Position numbers and translations under genes: made by a program. Below the pieces are notes generated by a model. That model did no database searches, had not been told where the DNA came from, and saw only the letters and a list, made by a program, of their open reading frames with translations. From Bacteroidales bacterium (lineage in GTDB: Bacteria > Bacteroidota > Bacteroidia > Bacteroidales > UBA3663): 64,000 nt of DNA. Within the stretch, counting starts at the first letter, position 1, and each line of letters begins with the position of its first letter. Below are positions 8,681 to 18,195 of the stretch, piece by piece. The stretch covers positions 7,293 to 71,292 of the forward strand of contig JAZRXX010000055.1 of assembly GCA_045600485.1 (NCBI GenBank), in the 5' to 3' direction.

Positions 8681-9597
8681 TAACCATCGAAGTCCTTGTG
8701 GATGGAACTGGCATGTCGTGCATGAGGTACCTCCCAGAGGTATTTCTGTCCGGGATGGGCATCATAGACCTGATGAACCATGTGGAATGGAACGTAGTCA
8801 TCCTCGACGCCATGGATGAACAGCATCGGCTTGCGGCATTTGGCAACCTGTGCGACCGCATCGCCGTCCGAGAACCACCAACCATGCCAGATCCTGTTGA
8901 TCAATGAGCCAAAATAAAGCATCGGGAAAGGGGGCAGACCGAACTGGTCGTTGAGCTTGTGGGCAAGCAGATCCCAGGTGGTGGAGTAGCCACAATCTTC
9001 GACAAAACCTTCGACTTGAAGGCTGTCGGCTATCTCGTCGCCCGACAGGAGCATGGTGGTAGTGGCGCCCATCGAGAGTCCGTGCACCACAATCGGCTGA
9101 TGCCAGGCCTGATGCATGAAGTCGAGCCAGAGGTGCATGTCCTGGCTGTCGAGCCAGCCGAAGGTGATGTGGTCGCCTTCGCTCTTGCCACACCAGCGAC
9201 GTTCGGGCAAGAAGACATTCTGGTGCAGAATCTCGTAGTCGCAATAGGTATAGCGCATCATGACAGGCGCATCGTCGCAATAACCATGTATCAGCATCAT
9301 CGAGCCACTGACAGGCACGGTGTCTGTGTCGGGGTGTTCGAGCATCAGTCCGTGCAGGGTGATGCCTTCGCTATTGGTGATATAGACATCACGGCAAAGG
9401 TTGTTATCGACCAGACTGTCAAACCACGGTTTCAGTTCTGGGTAGCGATTGTAAACCATTGAGAATGCGACATCGTAATTCTGTCCATAATTCTCGTCCG
9501 GAACGGTGGCAATACGTGCCACCTGATAGCCACCGGCAAAGCAGAAAGCTATCAGCAGAACGATGATGGCAAGGAGAGAATAATATATCTTTTTCAT
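8641..9597 (-). CDS. Alpha/beta-fold hydrolase with an N-terminal membrane anchor or signal
   Basis: It has MKKIYYSLLAIIVLLIAFCFAGG, then MLIHGY, the nucleophile elbow HGLSMG and FIHGVEDDYVP...H late in the sequence. This is a typical Ser-Asp-His hydrolase layout. Confidence 0.8.
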   Translation of the reverse strand: MKKIYYSLLAIIVLLIAFCFAGGYQVARIATVPDENYGQNYDVAFSMVYNRYPELKPWFDSLVDNNLCRDVYITNSEGITLHGLMLEHPDTDTVPVSGSMMLIHGYCDDAPVMMRYTYCDYEILHQNVFLPERRWCGKSEGDHITFGWLDSQDMHLWLDFMHQAWHQPIVVHGLSMGATTTMLLSGDEIADSLQVEGFVEDCGYSTTWDLLAHKLNDQFGLPPFPMLYFGSLINRIWHGWWFSDGDAVAQVAKCRKPMLFIHGVEDDYVPFHMVHQVYDAHPGQKYLWEVPHARHASSIHKDFDGYCQHIQDFLNSLH

Positions 9598-9619
9598 CTA
9601 TATAGTGCGTTTGTGGGCG

Positions 9620-9627
9620 CAAATATA
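9620..9627 (-). promoter_or_regulatory. Bacteroidetes-type -7 box (TATATTTG on the minus strand) upstream of the hydrolase gene
   Basis: Plus-strand caaatata is the reverse complement of TAnnTTTG. It is 23 nt upstream of the ATG at 9597. Confidence 0.5.
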
Positions 9628-9721
9628 ATCATTATATGTGAAACAAAGTAGAAAAAAGATGAATAATTATCAAAAAGGGCCGATTTTTGTTGAAAAGTTT
9701 GGCGTTTTGTGTAAAATTAGT

Positions 9722-9729
9722 TATCTTTG
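9722..9729 (+). promoter_or_regulatory. Bacteroidetes-type -7 box (TATCTTTG)
   Basis: It matches TAnnTTTG, has a TTTG at ~9706 in the -33 position, and is 78 nt upstream of the ATG at 9807. Confidence 0.5.
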
Positions 9730-9806
9730 TGCCCGTTTTTTATGTATTAGATGATTATATTTAAAAACCGTCCGAATCTATTTTTATTAGTATAAACTAT
9801 TATAAG

Positions 9807-10628
9807 ATGAACAAGATTGTAAGTAAGAAAATGTTCTCTGAGAAGGTAGCTTGCCTTGAGGTAGAGGCTCCTCTCATTGCCCGTAGCCGCAAGGCCGGAC
9901 ATTTCGTCATCGTCCGTCTGGATGAAAAGGGTGAGCGTATTCCATTGACCATCGCTGATGCTGATGTCGAGAAGGGTACCATCACACTTGTTGTTCAGGC
10001 TGTGGGTGCAAGCTCAACCCGTATCAATGCTCTCCAGCCAGGCGACATGCTTGCTGATGTGGTTGGTCCTCTTGGTCACGCTACAGAAATCGAGAAGTTC
10101 GGTACTGTTGTCTGCTGTGGTGGCGGTGTAGGTGTCGCTCCATTGCTCCCTATCGTCAAGGCTATGCACGAGGCTGGTAACCGCGTTATCGTTGTTCTTG
10201 CTGCCCGTACCAAGGATCTGATCATTCTTGAGGATGAGATGCGTGCTAACTCTGATGAGGTTATCATCATGACCGACGACGGTTCTGCCGGCAAGCAGGG
10301 TCTCGTTACTGCTGGTGTTGAGGAGGTAATCAACCGTGAGCAGGTGGACAAGTGCGTCTGCATCGGTCCTACCATCATGATGAAGTTCGTGAGCCAGTTG
10401 ACCCAGAAGTACAATGTGCCTACAATCGTCAGCCTCAATACTATCATGGTGGATGGTACCGGTATGTGTGGCGCTTGCCGTGTTACCGTCGGTGGCAAGA
10501 CCAAGTTCGTCTGCGTCGATGGTCCTGAGTTTGATGCTCACCAGGTTGACTTCAACGAGATGATGATGCGCATGAAGGCCTACAAGGCCGAGGAGACAGA
10601 GGCTCTCAATGCGCTCAATAGCAAGTAA
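9807..10628 (+). CDS. Sulfide/dihydroorotate dehydrogenase-like FAD/NAD-binding subunit (PyrK / NfnA-like)
   Basis: It has APLIARSRKAGHFVIVR, GERIPLTIAD, GPLGH and CCGGGVGVAP, plus a C-terminal Cys cluster (GTGMCGACRV). It is paired with a GltD-like subunit immediately downstream. Confidence 0.85.
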   Translation: MNKIVSKKMFSEKVACLEVEAPLIARSRKAGHFVIVRLDEKGERIPLTIADADVEKGTITLVVQAVGASSTRINALQPGDMLADVVGPLGHATEIEKFGTVVCCGGGVGVAPLLPIVKAMHEAGNRVIVVLAARTKDLIILEDEMRANSDEVIIMTDDGSAGKQGLVTAGVEEVINREQVDKCVCIGPTIMMKFVSQLTQKYNVPTIVSLNTIMVDGTGMCGACRVTVGGKTKFVCVDGPEFDAHQVDFNEMMMRMKAYKAEETEALNALNSK

Positions 10629-10656
10629 TATTACTCTCCATCATTATTATTTTTCT

Positions 10657-10725
10657 CCATCATTCTAAATCAGTGGTAAATCATTCTCTTCCCAACGGAC
10701 CAACGGAATGATTTTTAGAATGATT
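10657..10725. repeat. Intercistronic inverted-repeat element; its 37-bp left part recurs at 45407..45443
   Basis: ccatcattctaaatcagtggtaaatcattctcttccc compares with ccaccattctaaatcattcatgaaatcattctttccc at 45407. The internal inverted repeat is cattctaaatca / tgatttttagaatg. Confidence 0.55.
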
Positions 10726-10755
10726 TCAACTGGTGGAGTATATTTAGAAACAGTT

Positions 10756-12225
10756 ATGACTTTAGAAGAAATAAAGGCTCTTCGTAATGAGCCATGGCGC
10801 GAAGAATTGCGCAAAAAGATGAGTCCAAAGGATCGTGGCGCTATTGAGCGTGTCAAGATGCCAGAGTTGACTCCAGGATATCGTGTAACCACCTTCACTG
10901 AGGAGGTTCAGCAGGGTTTGACCAAGGAGCAGGCTGTGCTCGAGGCTCAGCGTTGTTTGGATTGCGCTGACCCATCTTGTATGAAGGGCTGTCCTGTTGG
11001 TATCAACATTCCAACCTTCATCAAGCATATTGAGAAGGAGGAGTTTGCTGAGGCTATCCAGACCATCAAGAAGACCTCTTCTTTGCCAGCTGTGTGTGGT
11101 CGCGTTTGTCCACAGGAGAAGCAGTGCGAGGGCAACTGTATCAAGCTCAAGATGAACCAGAAGGCTGTTGCTATCGGTTACTTGGAGCGTTTCGCTGCCG
11201 ACTACGAGCGTGAGTCGGGCAATATGGTTGCTCCTGAGTGTGCTCCAAAGAATGGCAAGAAGGTGTGCGTCGTTGGTTCTGGTCCTTCAGGCTTGGCTTT
11301 TGCTGCCGACATGATCAAGTTGGGCTACGACGTTACTGTTTACGAGGCATTGCACGAAATCGGTGGTGTATTGAAGTATGGTATTCCTGAGTTCCGTTTG
11401 CCAAACAACGTCGTTGAGGCTGAAATCAACACCCTCCGTCAGATGGGCGTGAACTTCCAGCCAGATGTAATCGTCGGCAAGACCGTAAGCTACGAGCAGT
11501 TGCACGAGATGGGCTTCGATGGTATCTTCGTCGGCTCAGGTGCAGGTCTTCCTCGCTTCATGAACATCCCTGGTGAGAACGCTATCGGTGTCATGAGTTC
11601 GAACGAGTACCTCACCCGTATCAACCTGATGGGTGCTGGTCGTGGCCAGGGCTTCGATACTCCAGTCCTCAAGGGCAAGAATGTTGTAGTCTGTGGTGGT
11701 GGTAATACCGCTATGGACTCTGCTCGTACAGCTAAGCGTATGGGTGCAGAGACCGTTACTCTCGTTTATCGTCGTGGCCTCGACGAACTTCCAGCTCGTG
11801 CAGAGGAGGTTCATCACGCTATGGAGGAGGGTATCGACTTCCACGTACTCCACAATCCAATCGAGTATCATGCCGACGAAAACGGTCGCGTTTGTGAGGC
11901 TGTTCTTCAGGTTATGGAACTTGGTGAGCCAGATGCTTCTGGCCGTCGTTCGCCTGTTGCTATCGAGGGTAAGACCGAGACCATTCCAGCTGATCTTGTT
12001 GTTGTCGCTATCGGTGTATCACCAAACCCAATCATTCCTTCTGCCTTCCAGGGTCTCGAGATCTCGAAGAAGGGTACTATCGTGGTAGGTGAGGAGACTA
12101 TGCAGTCGGCTGTCAAGGATGTATTTGCCGGTGGTGATATCGTTCGTGGCGGTGCTACTGTGATTCTGGCTATGGGTGACGGTCGTCGCGCTGCTGCCAA
12201 CATGCACGAGTATCTTAACAAGTAA
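10756..12225 (+). CDS. NADPH-dependent glutamate-synthase small-chain-like oxidoreductase (GltD / NfnB-like, 2x[4Fe-4S] plus FAD/NADPH)
   Basis: It has the Cys motifs CLDCADPSCMKGCP and CGRVCPQEKQCEGNC, and the dinucleotide folds VVGSGPSGLAFA and VCGGGNTAMD. The ORF is open from 10708; the Met at 10756 (MTLEEIKALRNE) is the more likely start. Confidence 0.88.
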   Translation: MTLEEIKALRNEPWREELRKKMSPKDRGAIERVKMPELTPGYRVTTFTEEVQQGLTKEQAVLEAQRCLDCADPSCMKGCPVGINIPTFIKHIEKEEFAEAIQTIKKTSSLPAVCGRVCPQEKQCEGNCIKLKMNQKAVAIGYLERFAADYERESGNMVAPECAPKNGKKVCVVGSGPSGLAFAADMIKLGYDVTVYEALHEIGGVLKYGIPEFRLPNNVVEAEINTLRQMGVNFQPDVIVGKTVSYEQLHEMGFDGIFVGSGAGLPRFMNIPGENAIGVMSSNEYLTRINLMGAGRGQGFDTPVLKGKNVVVCGGGNTAMDSARTAKRMGAETVTLVYRRGLDELPARAEEVHHAMEEGIDFHVLHNPIEYHADENGRVCEAVLQVMELGEPDASGRRSPVAIEGKTETIPADLVVVAIGVSPNPIIPSAFQGLEISKKGTIVVGEETMQSAVKDVFAGGDIVRGGATVILAMGDGRRAAANMHEYLNK

Positions 12226-12230
12226 TCGTT

Positions 12231-13220
12231 ATGGAAGAGGCTCTCGTCTGGATCCTCGACCGATTACATACTATTGGCCTGTCGCCGGACGCTGAAAGTC
12301 TGGCGGCAGGCCTTCTTTGTGGCGAGAAGTCGCTCTTCTCTGCCGAAACAATCCACGATATGCGCGAGGCTGGCATGAGCCATCTGCTGGCTGTGTCGGG
12401 CCTCCATATCGGGTTGCTTTGGACGGTGCTTTGGCTGGCGCTACGCCCGGTATTACTCGTTCCTTATCATTTGAATCTATATGAGATTCCCTGGAATCGA
12501 GGCTTGCGTTTGGCATCGGTTGCGATTCTCTGGCTTTATGTGTGGATGATCGGCTTTCCACCATCGGCAGTGCGTGCTGCGACGATGCTCTCGGTGGCAC
12601 AGATTTCTCCCTTGTTCGGTATCGACAGTTGGGGATGGCAGAACCTGGTGATTGCTGCCTTGCTGATGTTGTGCTGCGATCCGGCGCAGATGGGAGAGGT
12701 GGGCTTCCAGTTGAGTTTTGCTGCGACTGCCGGTATTCTTGCTTTTCATCCTCTGTTTGAGTCGGGTGATGATTATATACTTCATCGCCTCCGAAAGACT
12801 TTCTGGGATCGACTTCGTCCCTTGCGAAACCTTCTGCTACTGACCTTCTCTGCCCAACTCTTTACTTTACCCCTGACGGCCTACTATTTCCACCATCTGC
12901 CTCTGCTGGGCTGGGTGCAGGGTTTTCTGGTGGTGCCGGTCATTGCTTTCCTGATTTATGGACTTCTGCTTCTGCTCCTTTTCCCCGCATCATGGGGCAT
13001 GATCCAGCTGGGAACAGAAAACCTCTACCATTGGCTTTCGCTTCCGGTAGAGGCTCTGTCGTGGTGGGTGATCCATGTCGCCCATTGGGTGTCACAGTTG
13101 GAACTCTGGCTCGTGGGTGGTCGCGTGGAGTTCTATCCCTCGCTTGGGGAAACCGTGTTGCTCGAACTTATTCTCATTGGTCTAAGTTGGAGTTATCTGA
13201 AAATCAAAACTCCCACTTGA
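12231..13220 (+). CDS. ComEC/Rec2-family competence-domain membrane protein, short form
   Basis: It has the hallmark GMSHLLAVSGLHIGLL followed by multiple hydrophobic helices. At 329 aa it appears to lack the usual N-terminal region. Confidence 0.7.
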   Translation: MEEALVWILDRLHTIGLSPDAESLAAGLLCGEKSLFSAETIHDMREAGMSHLLAVSGLHIGLLWTVLWLALRPVLLVPYHLNLYEIPWNRGLRLASVAILWLYVWMIGFPPSAVRAATMLSVAQISPLFGIDSWGWQNLVIAALLMLCCDPAQMGEVGFQLSFAATAGILAFHPLFESGDDYILHRLRKTFWDRLRPLRNLLLLTFSAQLFTLPLTAYYFHHLPLLGWVQGFLVVPVIAFLIYGLLLLLLFPASWGMIQLGTENLYHWLSLPVEALSWWVIHVAHWVSQLELWLVGGRVEFYPSLGETVLLELILIGLSWSYLKIKTPT

Positions 13221-14835
13221 AGCCGGCGTGGACGTTGAATCCTTGAGCTGGAATGCCAGGCCAGAGTTCATATTGCTGGTTCAGGATATTTTTGGCAAAA
13301 GCAAAGACGCGGAGGTCTTTGTTGCATTGCCAGTCCAGACGGAAGTTGAGATCGGCGGTAGTGCCAAGATCATACATCTTGCCGAGATAGAGGACTTCGC
13401 GCATAGCACCAAGATCGAAGCCAAGATCCATCTTTACCTTGCCGGGGTTAGATAAAGCATGCAGCGAGAGTTTCATGTTGGCTGCTCCGGTGTTGATGTA
13501 GTCGCTCGAACTGGTCTCTAAGTCAAAACTTGCTTTGGCTCCAAAATACTTGTTGTATTCATAATCGACGTGAGCATTCACGCCGAAGTTGAAACTGTCG
13601 TCTTGTGAAAGTCGGAGGTAGAGACCATCGAATCCAGTTGAATCGGCAGGCATTGCCTCAGTTCCCAGATCATCTTCGACATAGGCCAACTTGAACTCAG
13701 CTCCCCAGCGCAGGTAACCCTGTTCGTTGTCTTCGTAGCCAAGGGTGAAATCGATACAATCTACCGAAGGTTTGTATTCGTTCTCCATATAGGCAATCGG
13801 CATCTGGTTCATCACGTTGTAGATTGATTCGCGACGACGGCCAAAGCCCAGGTCTGCATAGAAACGACGCCACTCCAGCGCATTGGGCATCACGCTGACA
13901 TGCAGGGTAGGGTGGATGATGAAGTAATTCTTCTTGCCGAACACACCGCCCAAGTCGAGATCCAAAGAAGCCTGCCAGTTGTCATGGTTGTAGATGCCAT
14001 AGGTGCTGGAGAGCATCAATGAATTGTTTCGCCAATTGCCTGGCAGGGAGTCGATGGTAGTTGAAATGGAATCTGCAGCTGAAAGCTTATTGAATTCGTA
14101 AGCAAACTTGATACGGAAGTTATCGTTCTCGTAGCTTGCATCGCCCAAGATTCTGCCCCAGCTCTGATGTCCGGGCTTCTCGGAAACCATCTGGAGGGTA
14201 TCGGACGAAAGTCCGTAGAACTGATAGTTGAAGGTCTTGACCGAAGAGCCAGCGGCACCGAGATGAGCCTCGAACTGTGCATCGTTGGCGAGTGTCACGC
14301 TATAGGTGCCCATGATGTCGCCATTCAAGAAGCGATTGTGCCACTTCTTGTTGCAGAGGCTGTCCTGCATTGGAAAATAGACAGGGAAGGGGAGCTTGGG
14401 TTGACTTTGAGTGAAGAAGCCCTTGGCGTCGATTGAGAAGTCATCAATTTGAATGCCTGCCTTGAGGTCGGTATTCCAATAGTTGCCAGCGCTCAATTCT
14501 ACATAACCCATGCGATCCTCTTTGTCGGTGGTGATGACTTCGCCCGAGGGTACGACTCCGATGGCAGAACTCTTGACAGGATCGACCTTCCAGTCGATGT
14601 AGGAGGCGTCGCTCTTGTTCTGTTTGATCTCCTGTTGTGCTGGCTGGCGATCAATCTTGGTCTTCTGTTGCACGACTGGAGAATAGTCGCGAGCCAGACG
14701 AACGGATTGGTTCATCGTGCTGTCGGCAGTCTCCTGTGCGTGCAAAAACAAAGGTAAGAGGAAAATGGAAAATGGAAAGATTACCTTTGCGCGTATATAT
14801 ATATTATTGAATGTATTCATTTTGCTAGAGATCAT
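13204..14835 (-). CDS. Outer-membrane beta-barrel protein (putative porin-like), function unknown
   Basis: It has a signal peptide (IFPFSIFLLPLFLHAQE), alternating aromatic/polar strands and a C-terminus ...HAGFKWEF. Its start overlaps the stop of the upstream TPR gene by ATGA. Confidence 0.75.
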   Translation of the reverse strand: MISSKMNTFNNIYIRAKVIFPFSIFLLPLFLHAQETADSTMNQSVRLARDYSPVVQQKTKIDRQPAQQEIKQNKSDASYIDWKVDPVKSSAIGVVPSGEVITTDKEDRMGYVELSAGNYWNTDLKAGIQIDDFSIDAKGFFTQSQPKLPFPVYFPMQDSLCNKKWHNRFLNGDIMGTYSVTLANDAQFEAHLGAAGSSVKTFNYQFYGLSSDTLQMVSEKPGHQSWGRILGDASYENDNFRIKFAYEFNKLSAADSISTTIDSLPGNWRNNSLMLSSTYGIYNHDNWQASLDLDLGGVFGKKNYFIIHPTLHVSVMPNALEWRRFYADLGFGRRRESIYNVMNQMPIAYMENEYKPSVDCIDFTLGYEDNEQGYLRWGAEFKLAYVEDDLGTEAMPADSTGFDGLYLRLSQDDSFNFGVNAHVDYEYNKYFGAKASFDLETSSSDYINTGAANMKLSLHALSNPGKVKMDLGFDLGAMREVLYLGKMYDLGTTADLNFRLDWQCNKDLRVFAFAKNILNQQYELWPGIPAQGFNVHAGFKWEF

Positions 14836-17288
14836 TTTTCTTCAGTTTCGACGGTCAGGCGCTGCTGTATGAGCGTTTGGATATCGTCAGGTGTTGTATA
14901 GTTCTGTTGCAGACTCTTCAAATACTCGTCGGCCGTGAAGGTCTCACCTTGACGACGCAGAATATCGCTCATCAGTATGATGCCACGGGCCAGCCAGTAC
15001 ATGTGAGGTGTGCCCGATTGGATCAGTTCGTTGTCGAGCGAGGTGGCTGCCTCTATATCATTGCCATCGAATGCAGCTTGTGCCAACAGATACTTGGCCT
15101 CGCTGCCAGATGCGGTACGCAACTCTTCGGAGGCTTCGTGCAGCAAGTTGACACCAATCTGAGTCTCACCCAACTTGAGGTGCGCCTTGGCTGCAAGTAC
15201 CTTCATGGTCTGAGCATCACGGAAATCTACATTCTCGGACTGCAGCTGCTGATAGGTGTCGAGCAACTGACGATATTCGCCAGCCTCGTAGAGGGCAGGA
15301 AGGCTCTGGATACGAGTGAGAATCTCGAGATTTTTGAGATCTTCGGCTGCAGTCTGCGCTTCCTCACTGTTGGGCCAGCGGTCTGCTACCATTTGGTAGA
15401 TCTTTTGGGCAGCTTCGGCCTGTCCCATATTGTTGTAGGTCATGGCCAGTTCGACGGCTGCTTGTGGAGCGATAGGACTCTCGGTATAGTTGTCGATTAC
15501 TTGCTGGAAACTATGAATGGCAGCAGGTGCGTCGTTCTGGAGCAAAGATGTGCGACCTTTATCCAACCAGGCATCGTCCAGCAAGGCAGACTCCGGACAA
15601 TTGCTGAGCATCTCGTCGAGTTTGGCCTGTTTTTCGGCATACTTTTTCTGCAGACCAAGCATGAGTCCCTCTTGATAGAGGGCATAATCCTTCTGCTTTG
15701 ATTCGAGGAGCGAGGCATTATGGTAAGTGCTCTCGCCCAAAACGAACTGACGTGTGTAATAGTAACAGTCAGCCAGTCGGAGCATACCGTCAACGTATGA
15801 CTCGGTGCCTTGTTCTGCAGGTTGTGAGATATAGCTTGAGAAGGCATCGATTGCGGAGTTGTAGTCTTCCAACTTCATTTGGGCATAGCCACAGTTGTAG
15901 AACGAAGCGGCGAACAATCCTGGCTGAATGCCTTTTTGGTTCAGTCGATTGAACATCTGATAGTCGCTTACAGCTCCTTTGTAATTGTTCAGATGATAGC
16001 GAGCTTCACCTCGCCAGAAGTAACTCTCGGCATAGCAGACCGGTTCAAGACTGCCCAACTTGACGCTCTGGTCAAACTGATGTACGGCTTCTGAATAGAG
16101 CGCGTTCAGATAGTTCTGTATGCCCCATTGATAATGCAGTCGCTGTTTGGCTTTGAGGATCGTCGCATTCGGTTTGTTGATCTTTCCGATAGACTTCAGC
16201 GCCTGATCGTAGTTGCGGGTAGTGGAATAGACCTCGACAAGATACTGGCTCACGCGATCTGCATACTGCGAGGTTGGGTAGGTGTTGAGGAAGGTCTCAA
16301 GCGTCTTCACTTCGTCGCCCCACAATGAGGTGGAGTTATGGGCAATGGCGCAGACGTTGTAGGCAGCAGCCTCCTGTACCGAGTTGTCGCCGTTCCCGAT
16401 GGCAGCAACCTGTTCGAATGCCATGCGTGCCTTCTGGTTTTCGGCTTGCTGCAACGACGATTGACCAACGAGCATATAGGCTAATTGCTTAAGTTGAGGA
16501 ACTTCGGTTTGAGTGGCAAGACCACCATCGGCAATGGCGGCATTGTACTGTCCGTTCTGAAATTCGAGCACACCAGCGTTGTAGGCACTCGAAGCAACCG
16601 GCTTTCCAGTTCGTTTCAGGTAACGACGGAAAGAGGAGAGGGCCTCGTTGGTCTTTCCGCTCTGCAACTGGCATTCAGCCTTGATGCGCAAAGCCTCAAT
16701 TTGGAACAGTTCGTCGCTTGGGGTGTAGATTTCTGCCTCACGAACAGCCTCGTCCCATTTGCCCTGCACATAGAGAATCAGCATGCGGTAAAAGGGGACA
16801 GTCTCCATGTATTTGTCGTCCAAAGGCAAAGCATTGAAATGTTTCAGAGCGCTGTTGTACTTGCCTTCTGCATAGTCCAGATAGCCCAGATAGTATTCAG
16901 CCTCGTGCTTGTAGGCAGGATCGCCCTGAGCATAGAGGTTCGTGTAGCGCTTGCGCAATGCCTTGATCTGTTCGCTTGTCAAGCCATTGTTGCCTAAGTC
17001 TGCATCGAAAGCTTTCTCCAACTCGTTTTGTCCGTCGAAGAAGTATTGCAGATATTCCTGACTTGAACGCAACTGGGTGAGTTGTGGCGCACGGAATGGA
17101 GTCACGTTGTATTTGCCGTCGATGGCAATCTGATCGTTCTCGAGCTGGAGCAGAACGTCACCACGCTCGGCACTGGTTGGATTCTGAAGCAACCAGCGAT
17201 GTACTTGCGGATCAATGTCCTGAGCCTTGAGCATATTGCCCAAGGTCAGCATCAGACCAGCACTCAAATATATGATTCGTTTATTCAT
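14832..17288 (-). CDS. Large secreted TPR-repeat protein
   Basis: It has the signal peptide MNKRIIYLSAGLMLTLGNMLKAQD and many TPR-like A/Y/L repeats (EAEYYLGYLDYAEGKYNSALKHF..., YFWRGEARYHLNNYKGAVSDY...). Confidence 0.8.
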   Translation of the reverse strand: MNKRIIYLSAGLMLTLGNMLKAQDIDPQVHRWLLQNPTSAERGDVLLQLENDQIAIDGKYNVTPFRAPQLTQLRSSQEYLQYFFDGQNELEKAFDADLGNNGLTSEQIKALRKRYTNLYAQGDPAYKHEAEYYLGYLDYAEGKYNSALKHFNALPLDDKYMETVPFYRMLILYVQGKWDEAVREAEIYTPSDELFQIEALRIKAECQLQSGKTNEALSSFRRYLKRTGKPVASSAYNAGVLEFQNGQYNAAIADGGLATQTEVPQLKQLAYMLVGQSSLQQAENQKARMAFEQVAAIGNGDNSVQEAAAYNVCAIAHNSTSLWGDEVKTLETFLNTYPTSQYADRVSQYLVEVYSTTRNYDQALKSIGKINKPNATILKAKQRLHYQWGIQNYLNALYSEAVHQFDQSVKLGSLEPVCYAESYFWRGEARYHLNNYKGAVSDYQMFNRLNQKGIQPGLFAASFYNCGYAQMKLEDYNSAIDAFSSYISQPAEQGTESYVDGMLRLADCYYYTRQFVLGESTYHNASLLESKQKDYALYQEGLMLGLQKKYAEKQAKLDEMLSNCPESALLDDAWLDKGRTSLLQNDAPAAIHSFQQVIDNYTESPIAPQAAVELAMTYNNMGQAEAAQKIYQMVADRWPNSEEAQTAAEDLKNLEILTRIQSLPALYEAGEYRQLLDTYQQLQSENVDFRDAQTMKVLAAKAHLKLGETQIGVNLLHEASEELRTASGSEAKYLLAQAAFDGNDIEAATSLDNELIQSGTPHMYWLARGIILMSDILRRQGETFTADEYLKSLQQNYTTPDDIQTLIQQRLTVETEEK

Positions 17289-17312
17289 TGTTCACTTTTC
17301 ATTATTCACTGT

Positions 17313-18152
17313 TCACTTACTTTCGCTTTTCGCCTTTAGGAACTGGATTTTCTTGCCAGCCACTTTGCTTTGCTGAGAATAAAGCAACTGGGCTGCAAGA
17401 AGCTGTCCAAGCTGATAGGTCATGGCAATGGCTGTGCGATCCTGATTCGAGATCTCGACCGAAACGCTTTTGGCTCCATCGTTGTAGAGCAATGCAGCGC
17501 GGAGTTTGGTGTCGTTGGAATGCATGTCAACATACGCCAGGATAGGGTCGTTGACGTAGGTGACCGATTCGTGGCACAGTCCTTGGTTCTTGAAGTGGTA
17601 GTTGGCCCCATCGTTTGAGAGTGGAACAACAGCACTTGTCATTTCGCTTTTGTCGAAACCGATCATTTTCATCTGCGTATGGTTGATGTAGGATCCACCG
17701 CGATATTCGCTGATCAGATGAGTGATGCCATAATCGTTGACTGTGGCATGGATATAGTTGCGATTGATGTTGTTCTGTGTGTCAGTTCCTTTTACATAGA
17801 AACGGCCCAGCTCATCGTATTCTCCCTTTTCGTACTGGAAGTTGCCTCTTTCGACCATTTCGTTGATCATGCGTGTTATGGCAACTAACATCGAATCGGC
17901 ACTTGCCAACGAGTCTTGCTGAATGGCCAACTGTACCTGGTAGCCGAACTGATGACCAGCCTTGCGCCATTCGATGGCCTGCTTGCAATTACTCTCGATG
18001 CTGTCAAGCAGAGCAATCGCCTTGAAGTGATTACCTTGAGCATAGGCTTGCTCAGCCTGTTTGTAGTACTGCTCGGCCTGCTTCTCTTCCTGACTTGTGC
18101 ACGAAGCAAGCATAACAACTGTCACAAGGATAATAAATATCTTTTTCATCAT
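17313..18152 (-). CDS. Lipoprotein of unknown function
   Basis: It has the lipobox MMKKIFIILVTVVMLASC-TSQ. The ORF is uninterrupted and on the same strand as its neighbours. Confidence 0.7.
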   Translation of the reverse strand: MMKKIFIILVTVVMLASCTSQEEKQAEQYYKQAEQAYAQGNHFKAIALLDSIESNCKQAIEWRKAGHQFGYQVQLAIQQDSLASADSMLVAITRMINEMVERGNFQYEKGEYDELGRFYVKGTDTQNNINRNYIHATVNDYGITHLISEYRGGSYINHTQMKMIGFDKSEMTSAVVPLSNDGANYHFKNQGLCHESVTYVNDPILAYVDMHSNDTKLRAALLYNDGAKSVSVEISNQDRTAIAMTYQLGQLLAAQLLYSQQSKVAGKKIQFLKAKSESK

Positions 18153-18154
18153 TC

Positions 18155-18195
18155 AACTCAAAACTGAAAACTTAAAACTTAAAACTCAAAACTAA
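18155..18195. repeat. AAAACT-type heptamer word repeat overlapping the RelA/SpoT stop codon
   Basis: The sequence is caactcaaaactgaaaacttaaaacttaaaactcaaaactaa. On the minus strand the last unit reads TAGTTTTG (18187-18194), a TAnnTTTG match 35 nt upstream of the lipoprotein ATG. Confidence 0.75.
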
